A stretch of DNA of 64,000 nucleotides. Source: Lama glama (taxonomy: Eukaryota). The position numbers and the translations under genes are program-made. Below, piece after piece: positions 1-12,679 of the stretch. The stretch is from positions 87,732,001 to 87,796,000 of the forward strand of contig CM052817.1 in assembly GCA_028534125.1 (NCBI GenBank). Direction: 5' to 3'. The first letter of the stretch is position 1. Each line of letters begins with the position of its first letter. Under the pieces are notes generated by a model. That model did not search any database and was not told the DNA's origin. It worked only from the letters and a program-made list of their open reading frames with translations.

Positions 1-779
1 GTTAGCGCATCACTATAAGAACACAGGCATTCATTTGACATATGCATTTAAAATGTCCATGCTTCAGATCCGTGAACTTAAGTTCCATTAAATCACTGCA
101 GTTTACATTTTACAACATACTTTATATGAGAATAAAATCTTCCTAAAACCCTTTAATAAATATAACCTTTATTACACCATATTTTATATTGTTTTCTTTT
201 CTGAGTTTTACACTAGAATATGAGATCCTTGGTGGAATGGATTATACGTTTTATCATGTTGAGTTGTATGACACTGCCAATATTCAACTAATTTTTACCT
301 ACTAAAAATGACAATGCCATATGATTTAATGTAATATACCCACCTCCTCAGTGGCTAGCTCACTTAAGGACATATAGGACATATAGTTGCTAAATAAATG
401 TTCGATGGGTAAATGAAAAAATGAATGGCAATTTATATTGTAAGAATTCTTGAAACTACCTGAGTATATGTTCTTACTCTTTTTTTGACAACTGAAGAAG
501 AAAAACAAACACAAATAAACCAGAACTCTTGCTTGCTTGCCAGGTAATATATGAAAGAAGTGATCATCCTTGCCCTGACACCACCACCACACACACCCCC
601 ACAAATCAGGAATTCTTGCAGACTCTTTGTGTAGATTATTTCCAGTATATGCTCCACTCCTGCATGCTCAGTCAGGAAGCTCACATCTTACCCAATTACA
701 CATATGAACAAAGGAGAATGGATGCAGATGCATCTGCACATACTGTCTAGATCTTCTTCCTGGTTGTAGCTATCTGAAT

Positions 780-2785
780 AAGTGTGATCCCCTCTGTCTT
801 AACCTCCCACTATTCTCTGCCCTCTCTGAAATTCTGTTCCCACATCAGTAAACTTCATTAAATCCTCAGCTTCTTTCTGAGGACAAATTTTCTTCTGTCT
901 GCTTCTTTGTCTTAACTGAATTCAGCCCCTACTCTGAAGCCCTCTCTGGCTGGGGGCTCAGTCTTTCACGTATCTTTTCTGTCAAGGGTTTCCTCCTAGT
1001 ATGCCACTGCCACCTCAGCACCACGTGTCAACCACTGTGTCTCTACCCTGTAGAACACCTCTTACTGCTTGGAACTTCAGGCCATCTGTTCATCACCATA
1101 CTTAGCAAGCCCATGTCATAGATGAATGTAAATATCTGCTTTCTCCATGTCAGCACTCAGACAATGCTAGGGAAAAATACAGCATATTCAGGAAAATCAA
1201 TGCTACACTAAGGTCATGGTTACTGATCTCAACTAGACATCTGCCACTGCCTAGCAAACTTCTTATGTTCAGTTTCTTCCACTTTCATAACAAATTTTCA
1301 GACAAGGGTCTTTCTCCTACCACATTCTTAGCTTGATTCTTAGCTTAGTTCTGCCTTAACAAAACCAAACCTTTAAACATTCCAGCACGTTCCATCTTTC
1401 CTTGTTCTTTGTTTCTCTTATAAGTGCCATTTTCCTCTTCCTATCCAACGACCACATCCTCTTCCTGAAACCCTCCTTAGCTAATCTGGTGTTATTTATC
1501 TGCACTCTATCTACAGCATCATTTCTATTCACCACTCCCTCTACTGTCTCACTCTGATGATCCTTTGACCACACCAGGTCCTCCAATACATTGATCCTAT
1601 TAATGCTTTACTGTCTCTGAAGCCTTAATGTGCTCCCTTTCTTCCTTATCTAGCCTAAAGTAATTGCCAACCATTGAAATCAACCGTCTTGCATATACAT
1701 TGACTCTATACAGAGTATTTACTTGGTGAAACCACAAACCTGGTTAAATCCAACTCTAAGTTTGTTATAAGGTTGCTCCCTGTAGCTGAGTAGCTGGATA
1801 AAATTGTAAAATCATACAGACTGTGCTTACTTTAAATTTCTGGCATAAACTACAAATGAACCTTTAATGATGCATTTTAATCATACTAAATTTACTTAAT
1901 CCAGTCACTTTCCCATGCTTGGTAATTATTTACTCCCAATAAGTATTTTGCCATTTTTCCCCCTTTCTCTAATCTCCTTTCTAAATTTATTCAGAATATA
2001 ACTTCTCATCTCAACATCTATCACTCTGGTCCAGATCATCATCATCTCTCATTTGGATACTGTTGTAACATCATGTCTCTTTCCAACTGCTATGGTCTGA
2101 ATGTTTGTGTCCCCCAAAATTCATATGGTGAAATTTAATGCCCATTGTGATAGTATTAGGAGGTGGAGTTGGGGCCTTTGGAAGGGAATTACATCAGCAG
2201 TGCCATTATAAAAGATGCCCAAGAGAGTTATCTTGCCCTTTCTGGTATGTGAGGATACATTAAGTTGGAAGTCTACAACTCAGGAGAGGGTCCTTACCAG
2301 AATAAATCATGCTGGGGGCTGATGCTGGACTTCCAGCCTCCACACTATTAGCAATATATTTCTGCTGTTTATAAGCTACCCAGTCTACAGCATTTTGTTA
2401 TAGCAACCTGAACACACTAAGACACCAACCTTTCTCACAAATATATATTCTCAACAAAGAATATATTAATATAAGACAAATGTAAATATAGATCACAAAT
2501 ATAAATTATATCATACCTATAAAACCATTTAGTGGTTTTCCACTAAATAGAGTAAAATCTAAAGTCTTTCAATGGCTTAAAAGGCTCCTCATAGTTATGC
2601 CCATCTTTATTTTTCTGACCTCTCTCTACTTTAAATTTTGTTCTCTCTGATTGAGCCATGCAAGAGCCCCTCTATGGGCCTCTGCCATACTCATTTTCTA
2701 TGCCTGAGATATTATTCCCTCAGATATTTGAATGACTAAATCTTTCATCTTATTGTCTTTTCATTAAAGGCTATACAATAACATA
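780..2785 (+). mobile_element. Ancient LINE-2 (L2) remnants, interrupted by an MLT1A LTR
   Basis: Pyrimidine-rich degenerate sequence with L2-like motifs (aaaccacaaacctggttaaatccaactct ~1729-1757; tagagtaaaatctaaagtctttcaatggc ~2548-2577). Boundaries approximate. Confidence 0.65.
2088..2424 (+). mobile_element. MaLR solo LTR (MLT1A-like) with 5-bp TSD
   Basis: Starts tgctatggtctgaatgtttgtgtccccc and ends tttgttatagcaacctgaacacactaagaca (TG...CA). Direct repeat ccaac at 2083-2087 and 2425-2429. Confidence 0.9.
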
Positions 2786-5700
2786 ATTTTTTAAATGGGA
2801 ATAGACTTAACAATATTATATTACTTTCAAGTGTACTGCAAAGTGATTCAATATTTTTATACACTAGGAACCAAACAAAATTAATAATATTATTGACTAT
2901 ATTCCCTGTGTTATCCATTACATCCCTGTGGCATTTTATAACTGGTAGTTTACCTCTTAATATTCTTCACCTATTTTATCCATCCCCCCAACTACCTTCC
3001 CACTGGCAACCACAAATTTGTTTGCCATACTTGTGAATCTGTTTCAGCTTTCTATATTTGTTTATTTCTTTTGGTTTTTTAGATTAACACATGTAAGTAA
3101 AAACACAATCTTTGAATTATTTGACTTAACATAATACCTTCCAGGTTTATCCTTTTTCTTGCAAATGGCAAGACTTCATTCTTTTTTATGACTGCATAAT
3201 ATTCCTTTGTATATATTCACCACTTCTTTATCCAGTCACTTACAATGAGCACTTAGATTGCTTCTATATCTTGGCTATTTTAAACGATGCTATAATGAAC
3301 ATTGGGGTGCATATATCTTTTCAAATTAGTGAATTTGTTTTCTTCAGAAAAATACCCAGAAGTAAAATTACTGGATCATATGGTAATTCTATTTTTAATT
3401 TTTGGAGGAACTTCCAAGCTGTTTTCCATACTGGCTATACCAGGCTATTCCCACTGACAACACACAAGCATTTCCTTTTCTCCCCTTCCTTGCCAACATT
3501 TATTTCTTATCTTTGAGATGACAGCATTTTGACAGGTATGAAGTGATATCTCATTGTGGTTTTGATTTGCACTTCCTTGTTGTTGAGTGGTGTTGAGCAT
3601 CCTTCATATGCAAATATTTTCTACCTTTTCATTATGTTGACAGTTTTCTTTCCCTGTGCAAAAGCTTTTCAGTGTAATGTAACCTCATTTGTTTATTTTT
3701 GTTTTTGTCCTCTGCTTGAGAAGAAAGAGCCTAAAAAATATTGCTAAGACCAATTACAAAGTGCATACCACCAAAGTTTCCTTCCAGGAGTTTTGTGGTT
3801 TCAGTTTTACATTTAAATCTTTAATCTATTTTAAGATTATTCCCTATATGGTGTGAAAAAATGGTCTAGTTTCATTCTTTTACATGTAGCTGTTCAGTTT
3901 TCCAACACCACTAATTGAAGAGACTATTTTCCCCCATTTTATATTTTTGTCTCTTTTGTCATAGATTAACTGACCAAATGTGCATAGTTTATTTCTGATC
4001 TATCTTTTCTGTTCCACTCGTCTATGTGTCCGTTTTTGTGTCAGTATTATTCTGTTTTGATTACTATGGCTCTGTAGTATAGTCTGAAGTCAGGAAGCAT
4101 GATACCTCCAGCTTTGGTTATTTTGGGTCTTTTTGTGGTCCCGTACAAATTTGGGGATTGTTTATTACAGTTCTGTGAAAAATTCCCTAGGTATTTTGAC
4201 AGGAATTTCACTGAATCTGTCAAATGGTTTCAGTAGCATGGATATTTTAAAAATACAATCTTGGAATTAACAAATAATTTCAATGTATGAACATGAAATG
4301 TCTTTCCACTGATTTGCATCATCTCAATTTCTGTAATCAATGTCTTACAGTTTTCAGAGCACAAGTCTTTTAACTCCTTGGTTAAATTTATTCCTAGATA
4401 TTTTATTTTATTATTTGGGTGCAATTTAAATGGGATTGTTTTCTTTCTGATGGTTCATTAGTGTATAGAAAGGCAACAGATTTCTGTATATTAACTTTGT
4501 ATCCTGCAACTTTTATTAGTTTTAACAGTTTTGTTGTGGAGTCTTTAGGGTTTTCTATATATAGTGTCACGTCATCTGCAAATAGTGAAAGTCTTACTTC
4601 TTTCTTTCTAATTTGATGCTTTTTTCTTTTTCTTTTCTGATTGCTGTGGCCAGGACTTCCAATATTATGTTGAATAAAAATGGTGAGAGTGGGCATCCTT
4701 GTCTTGTTGTTGACCTTAGAGGAAAAGCTTTTAGCTTTTCACCACTGAGTATGATGTTACCCGTGGGTTTGCCATAAATGGCCTTTGTTATATTGAGGTA
4801 TAGTCCTTCTATACCCACTTTGTTGAGAGATTTTATCATGAATGGATGTTGGATTTTATATAATGCTTTTTCTCCATCTATTGAGATGATCATGTGATTT
4901 TAATCCTTTGTTTTGTTAACTTAATGTAGTGCATCACATTGATTGATTTGTGAATATTAAGCCATTCTTACATTCCGGGGAATAAATCCCACTTGATCAT
5001 GATGTATGGTCTCTTAATGTATGATTAAATTAGGTTTGTTAATATTTTGTTGAGAATTTTTGTACCCATGATCATCAGGGACATTGGCATATAATTTTCT
5101 TTTTTTGTAGTATCTTTGTCTGATTTTGGTATCAGGTAATGCTGGCTTCACAAAATGAATTTGGCAGTGTTCCCTACTCTTCAACTGTTTGAAACACTTT
5201 GGGAAGAATAGGTATTAATTCTTCTTTAAATGTTTGGTGTAATTGCCCTGTGAAGCATTTTGGTCCTGGACTTTAGTCTAATGGAAATTTTTTGATTACC
5301 AATTCAATTTTATTACTAGTAATTAGTTTGTATTTTTGTTCTCTTCCTGATTCATTCTTGGGAGAGTGTATATTTCTAGGAATTTATCCATTTCTTCTGT
5401 TGTCCAATGTGTCAGCATACAGTTGTTCATAGTAGTGTCTTATGATTGTATTTCTGTGTTTTCAGTTACAACTTATACTCTTTCATACCTCATTTTATTG
5501 GGAGGGCTTCTCTCCCTTTTCTTTGATGAGTCTGGCTAAATGTTTATCAATTTTGTTTATCTTTTCAAAAAACCAGCTCTTAGTTTCATTGATCTTTTCT
5601 ATGTATTTTTTAAATCTCTATTTCATTTATTTCAACTCTGTTCTTTATTATTTCCTTCCTCTACAATAACTTTGGGATTGTTTGTTCTTTTTCTAATTCA

Positions 5701-7963
5701 GTTTGGTATAAAGTTATATTGTTTATTTGAGATTTCTCTTGAAATAGGCCTGTATTGTTATAAACTTTCCTCAGACCTGCTTTTGCTGTGTCCCACAGAT
5801 TTTGGAAAGTTGTTTTTCTACTTTTGCAATTCTCAGGTATTTTTTAAATTTCCTTTTTTGATTTCTTTTTTTTTTTTTAGTGCATGTCTTTTTTATTATA
5901 GTTATTAAATAGAAGTACAGTCAGTTACAATGTGTCAATTTCTGGTGTACAGCACAATGCCCCAGTCATGCATATACATACATATATTTTTTTTCATTAA
6001 AGGTTATTACAAGATATTGAATATAGTTCCCTATGCTATACAGAAAAAACTTTTTTTTAATATATTTTTACATATAGTGACTAACATTTGCTAATCTCAA
6101 ACTCCCAAATTTATCCCTTGCCACCTCTTTTTCCCGGTAACCATAAGATTGTTCACTATGTCTGCGAGTCTGTGTTTTGTAGAAGAGTTTATGGCGCCCT
6201 TTTTTTTTTTTGAGTCCACATACGAGTGATGTCATATGGTATTTTTCTTTCTCTTTCTGGCTTATTTCACTCCTTTTTTAATTTCTTCATTGACTCATTG
6301 GGTTTTTTAGTAGCATGTTGTTTAGTCTCCATGTCTTTGTATTTTTTTCCACTTTTCTTTCTGTAATTGATTCCTAGTTTCATACCTTTGTGATTGGAAA
6401 AAAATGTTTGATATGAATACATTCTTCTTAAATATATTGAGACTTGTTTTGTGGCCTAATGTGTGATCTATCTTGGAGAAAGTTTGATGTGCACTGGAAA
6501 AAATGTGTAAACTGTTTTGAGCTGGGATTTTCTGCAGATATCTATCATGTACCTCTCTGGTCTAATGTGTCATTTAAGGCCAATGTTTCCTGACTGAATT
6601 TCTGTCTGGATGACCTTTCCATTGATGTTATGTAATATCAAAGTCCCCTACTATGTTATATCACTTTCAATTTCTCTCTTTATATCTGTTCATAGTTGCT
6701 TTAAATATTTAGGTGCTCCTATGTTAGTGCATATATTTACAAATATAATCTCCTCTTCTCAGATCAATGCCTTTATCATTATGTGATATCTTTGTGTTTT
6801 GTTACAGTCTGCTTTAAAGTCTATTTTGTCTGATATGAGTACTGATACCCAGCTTAATTCTGGTCTCCATTAGAGTAGAATATCTTTTCCATTCCTTCAC
6901 CCACAGTCTGTGTGCATCTTTAGCTCTGAAGAAAGTTTCTTGTAGGCAGAATATAGATGAGTCTTTTTTTTTTAATCCATTCAGCCATCCTATGTTTTAT
7001 TTTTTTTTTTATTTTTTCCCTATTAGGGCATTTAGTCCCTTTAAATTTGAAGTGATTATTGATAGGCATGTACCTATCCCATTTTGTTACTTTTTTTACT
7101 GGTTGTTTTTCTAGTTCTTCTTTGTTCTTCTCTTCTTCTTTTGGTCTTTTCCCTTGTGGTTTAATGATTTTCTTCAGTATTATGTTTGAATTCCTCCCTC
7201 TTTGTTTTCTGTGTATCTATTACAGGTTTTTGATTTGTGGTTACAATGAGGTTTATCTATATCAATATTGCTATCTATTTCTATATCTATAGATATGTTT
7301 TAAACTGTTAGTCCTTTAAGTTCAAACACATTACAAAATGTGTTTGACATCTGACATTATACTTTACATCTTTTTGTGCATCCCTTAACAACTTACTGTA
7401 GTTATAGTTTATTTTATAACTTTTGTCTTTTAACCTCATACTAGCTTTTTAAGTGGTGATCCACTCCCTTAATAAAGGACAGCTAGAACACCAGGTATTT
7501 TTCAAACTGCTGCCTCTTGTGCTGGGACTCAGTATGAGTAAGCGTGTGCCTTTTAAGAACGGAGTCTCAGGTTTCCTGCAGCCCTCCAACTCTTCTAGTC
7601 ATAAGCCCCACTGGTTTTTAAACCAGTTAAGGGGGCTCTTCTTTCTGATGCAAGCCCCCAGGGCTGGGCTCCAAAATGTGGGGCTCAGCCCTTGCTCCTT
7701 AAGGAGGACCTCCAAGTTTGTGATATCTCTTTCCCCTTTTGGGTCACCCTTTGGGATTCTGAGTCCTGACTAGATCACTTCTCTTCCTCTTCTACCTATC
7801 TCTTGATGTGGACTTTGTTTTATATCCTTAATAGTGGAAGAGCTGTTCTGCTAGTCTTCAGGTCATTCTCAGAGAGGCTTGTTCATAATTAAGTTGTTCT
7901 TTTGATGTGTCCATGAGAGGAGATGAGTTCAAGGTCTCCCTACTCTGCTATTTTGATTCCCCC
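2786..7963 (-). mobile_element. Degenerate LINE-1: 5'UTR, inter-ORF region, disrupted ORF2 and 3'UTR; ORF1 missing
   Basis: Minus-strand ORFs give L1 RT motifs ([10 protein letters not shown]...[19 protein letters not shown] at 4594-4893; [19 protein letters not shown] within 4403-4696; [15 protein letters not shown] within 4230-4424). ORF2 start is near 7082, a 5'UTR-like segment lies at 7470-7963 and the 3'UTR/tail is near 2786. Many frameshifts and stops. Confidence 0.93.
5868..6270 (-). mobile_element. Younger 5'-truncated L1 (3'UTR only) nested in the older L1
   Basis: Poly-T at 5866-5878 followed by L1 3'UTR (gaagtacagtcagttacaatgtgtcaatttctggtgtacagc...). 17-bp TSD tcctttttt(g/a)atttctt at 5851-5867 and 6271-6287. 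Confidence 0.9.
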
Positions 7964-7964
7964 T

Positions 7965-9650
7965 ATTCTTTCATCTGTTGCACAATGACCTAATTTTAAA
8001 TTGCAAACCCACTCAGTTCTCCTGATCCCCCATACATGCTTTACTTTCCATACTATTTTGCTACTTATAACACACTGGTTTATTATGCTATTAATGATTT
8101 TATTTGTTTCTTTACAATTACCATCAATAGAATGAAACTCCTTCTGTTTTTTAAACTTTTATATCTGACATGCCTAGAACAGACCCTGACACAATACTTA
8201 AATACCAGATGATGTAATAGAGTGATAAGATCTATCCCTCTACCTTTGTTCACAATTCCATTTATCTCCTGCTGAGGCTGTATTAAAACTGATACTAAAT
8301 TTTGCATCTATCTCATTCTGTAGCTTCCATTTCTTCCTTTGTGCTCATTCCCATAACCATTCACACCTCAAGTGTTCACGATCTTAAAGATAACTTTGCC
8401 TTAACCTTAAGCCAAATTTCATCTTCAGTATTAACATTCTCCTATACTCTGACATCAAAATTCTTTAGAGAAATATTAATTGTTGGCTCTATTTCCTCAT
8501 CATTAAACTTCTATTCTTACTTCTTGCACTGAACTCCCTCATGCTTACATGGAACACTTTTTCCCATGGTTTCTAAACTATAAGTTCTCCTGAGTTTTCT
8601 TCACTTCACTCCCATTCTGTTCAGAGGAAGATTCCTATACTAGACTAGTAGTATTTAAGCTCTTCAAAAATCTGTTCTAGACCCTCATACATTATCAATC
8701 CTCACTTTCTCCCCAGATATCTTGTCCACTTCTATATCTTCAATTGTTACCAGATGCCAACACCTTCTGAATACATATCCACAGCCCAGACCTCTCTTCT
8801 GTGGCCTGAGAACACACTTTCCACATACACGCAGCAAGGGTATCTGTTACACTAATTATTCATCTTCTTTCACAAACCTCTTCTTCTTCTTCCATGTTTC
8901 CTATCATTGTATAGCATATCATGAATCATTTACTCTGAGGTTCAATCAGTGAGTCCTGTCACTTTTACATCTTTAATTACCTTGTGACATTATTCTTTTA
9001 TTTCCTAATCTTCACTACCACTATCTTTCTCTGTGACTATCATCTGACTAGATAGTTTTTAGGTTTTTCTCACTGTAAGTCATTTTCCATTCTTACAGAG
9101 TTATCTTAAACATCCAAATCTTATCATTACATTCTCTGATTAAATTCGTTTAGTGACTCCATATTCCCCACTTGGCATAAAGTAAAGGACCATTTAGATT
9201 AGAATCTGTGCTATAGTTTCAAGCCTCATTTTTCTTAATTACCTATACTCCTCCCCACAGTGTTTCTCTCACACTGAACTACTCACCGTTCCCTGGATGA
9301 AACAGATTTCTTCACTCTGGACTCTGATTCTTAGCACATAATCTTGCTCTTACGGAATACATTTCCCTCAGTGTATGGACTCTACTAGTACTCTCCATCT
9401 ACATTTTCATTAAATTGACACATTTTCTTCAGGTCTTGGGTAAGATATAATTTTATTTGTGAAGTCTAGGTGAGTTTTTCTTCTTTATGCTACTGTAGCA
9501 CATTGTACTCACTCCTGACTTATCACTTCTCACATTAATTATAATCACTTTATAAGATACATTCTTTCTCTACCTGACAAGCAAGCAGAAAATGTATATG
9601 TATGTACAGTGCCTAACATATTACCTAAAACATTTACTTTTTGTTATTTA
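7965..9650 (+). mobile_element. L2 remnants (several fragments)
   Basis: L2 3'-end-like motifs (catgcctagaacagaccctgacaca ~8169-8193; cagtgcctaacata ~9607-9620) in CT-rich degenerate sequence. Confidence 0.55.
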
Positions 9651-9689
9651 TTTAAAGTTCTTTTAGTATGGTGATTTTTATGCTTCAGG

Positions 9690-9830
9690 TATAATATGTT
9701 AATCTTCATAGAAGTACTAAGAGTTAGATTATTATTGTAATTTAATAGATGAGCAAACTGAGGCTGAGAAAGGTTAGGGAACTATAAAAGATCAAACAAT
9801 TATTAAGTGGTAGAGCTAAGACTAAATATT
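9690..9830 (-). mobile_element. MIR SINE fragment
   Basis: MIR core tagatgagcaaactgaggctgagaaaggttagggaact...agtggtagagctaaga. Confidence 0.8.
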
Positions 9831-10384
9831 ATCAGCTTACAAGTATTAGTTACTCAGTAAATGAAAAGATGGGTGATTTAGGGAATAAGTGCATAAATTT
9901 CCCTTTTCCCAGATCACTAAATATTTGTTACCAGTGACTGGGGTACACTTTTTACAACTGTCTCTCTTCCTTTTGGATGATTCTTCCCCCACCCCAGAAG
10001 GTTATTCTCTTGGGCAAATATATTTCTAGCAGTCCATCTGCCAGTATGTGTCTTAATCTGAACAGTAGACACAATAGACAAAGCTGAGACATTGGTTATG
10101 TTAAGTTGAAGAGATTACTTAATTACTTTAAAAGACTTTTTCCTGTGAATAGCTGTGCAGATTGTGTCCATAACAATGGCCTTTGGCCAAGGGGGCTAAA
10201 ATCCAGCCCAGAATGTACTGTCATTTTGGAGGAAGAAATGACATTTTCACTAATTAGTTTTCCCAGCAAGCAGGGGCACGTTTTTCAATTAGTCTGCCAG
10301 ATTGGGTGTTCTTTTTTTTCCTAATTCTAATCTTTTTCTAATTTTTTTAAACAAAATCACCATTTATGCTAGTAGAAAGCCTGT

Positions 10385-10600
10385 CCAAGTCGGTTTAGAT
10401 TTTGAGGTATATATTCTTTTCCAAGCCATATGACCTTGGAAAGTTTCCTTAATATCAATTTTCTCATTTGGAGAATGGAAGTAAGATAATTTATAACTCA
10501 AGTTATTGTTAAGAATACTGAATGATATAATTCATACAAAGCACCAAAACTTTGTATTGCATACAGTAACTACTCCATAAATATTGGATTTTATTATTAG
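10385..10600 (+). mobile_element. MIR SINE
   Basis: atgaccttggaaagtttccttaa...ttttctcatttggagaatgg...gcatacagtaactactccataaatatt. Confidence 0.75.
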
Positions 10601-10938
10601 TATTTTTATCCCAATTAATATCATCATTAATACTTTAAAATTTTTTCTTATAGGGATTGATTCTTAGCTTTGATTTCAATAACTAATGAAGCTTAATGAG
10701 ATAAGACAATCACTGAAGTCTTGATAGAACAAATGTTAGGTCAGAAATCTCTAACACTATTCCCCAGGTACTAGAACAACACAAGAAAAACTGTCTTTGT
10801 CCATTTATTACTCAAAATTATCAGAATTATTATTAAATTGTCACATAAGATGAAAAATATTTTAGCTCAAAATGCAGTGAAATGTGAAGGTACCGTCTGT
10901 TGCTAAACTTGCAAATTTAGAAAAATTTCTGAACAATA

Positions 10939-11892
10939 TGTCATAGACCATTCTAGACCAAGGGTTATTATCAAGAAGAATCTGTAGCAAGGTCTAATGT
11001 GTATATAATTTATTTTAGATGTGTGGTAAGCTGAGCAATTCCTCAAAAATATCTAGGGCTTAATCCTTGGAACATGTGACTGTATTACCTTACAGGATAA
11101 AAGAGACTTGCAGGTTAAAGTAAATGAAGTATCACAGGATTAAAGAGATTATCCTGGATTATCTGGGTGGGCCTGATGCAATCACAAGGTCCTTACAAGT
11201 GTGAGTCAGTAGAAGTTATGACAATGAAATTCAGAGGACAGAGTGATGCTAGTTAGAATATCACTAGTCAAGGAATGAAGGTTACCCCTAGACATTAGAA
11301 AAAGCAAGGGTACATATCTTCCCTAGAGCCTCCAGATGGAACAGACCTGCCAACACCTCAAGATTAGTCCAGCAAAACTGATTTTGGATTTCTGACCTCT
11401 GGAACAATAAGATAATAAATCTGTGCTGTTTTAAGCAACTAAGTTTGTGACAATTTGTTATAGCAACAACAAGAAACTGGTATAAGCAGGTGATCCTAGA
11501 CAGCACAGTGAGTGGAGAAGTGAGATAGGAAAAGAGGAAAAATCAGTGTCATTATTAATTAAATTACTGTCATATAAATTACCACTTGATTCTTTTGGAT
11601 AAATCCAGGAGCAATGTAGAATACATATTTATATAGGTATATATGCATATACCTATGAACATTCTACTCCCCACCAAGGTATAAACAAGTTGGGGGTTTA
11701 GACACAAATTTCCACCAGTTATCCACTGAGGGCTGATTCTGAAAGCACCTCTAGACTGCCATGCGGGCAGCTAAAGCAGACTCTAGGGGCTAGAGAAAGC
11801 CCAGAGAATTGCAGTGCTGGTATTTGGAAGTCTACGTGTTGTACACTAAAGCATAATTAAGAGGATGTGAGCAGGACACTGACAGCATCTAC
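10939..11892 (-). mobile_element. ERVL LTR (LTR16-like), split by an MLT1D insertion
   Basis: Flanking halves resemble an LTR16-type LTR in reverse (aggtgatcctagacagcacagtgagtggagaagtgagataggaaaag; ends gacactgacagcatctaca). Confidence 0.6.
11022..11484 (+). mobile_element. MaLR solo LTR (MLT1D-like)
   Basis: gattatcctggattatctgggtgggcctgatgcaatcacaaggtcctta; ccctagagcctccagatggaac; ataaatctgtgctgttttaagcaactaagtttgtgacaatttgttatagcaac. Confidence 0.88.
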
Positions 11893-12679
11893 AGATGCTT
11901 CCAATCTGTGTTTACTTGTAGTGAGCCAATGAACTCAAGGAACTCAGGAATTTCTTACGTATTTTAGTGTTCCTTACACACACACATACCCACAGATGTA
12001 TGCATATATAAATACACATATCTTTGAAACATAACACAATGCATGATGCAGGGAACTCCTCAGGAATTTGCCAAATATAATAAAAGTTCTCATTGGTAGG
12101 TGACACACAAAAATAATTGTAAAAGTCAACTTTGTATCTTTTAGCCTTACAAAAAATGGTAACAGGGTGTATCTACCTGTGTTTAACTCCTGTGACAGTA
12201 CATTTTGCATAGGATGTAATGTTATTTTTAAAAATATACAAAATTATAAATATGTGATTAGTGGAATGTGAAACATGAATTGTGAAAAATCAATGAATCA
12301 TGCAGGCAGTATAAGAAGGCAATAATGATGAACTAAAAGTAAGTCATATGATTCTTTTCAAAATTAGTAATGTAAAAGTGAAATACGCATCCTTGGTAAA
12401 ACTGAAAATAATCTAATCAATCTGAAATTCAAATATTCAAAGATCAGTCAAGCATATAATCATGTCCACCTTATCAGAAACTTAAACCTAAACTCAAAAT
12501 AGTTTAATCATAACCTTTTCCCAAGTACCTCACAGAAAGAAATTAAATTACCAATTAAATTACCAGCTTCAGAAATAATATTTTAAATACTAATCTTCAT
12601 GTGGTGGTAAATTATGTCCACTAATTATATACCTATTTAACAAATATGGATTTTGAGCCCACAGCTGAATGATTTATTG

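Noticed and set aside
326..750. Three overlapping 73-92 aa ORFs
   Set aside because: No recognisable domain or coherent splice context, and they sit next to L2-like sequence. Consistent with chance ORFs.
3271..7773. Numerous ORFs, including an RT-like 99-aa ORF, as host genes
   Set aside because: They are fragments or antisense frames of a disrupted L1, not a cellular CDS.
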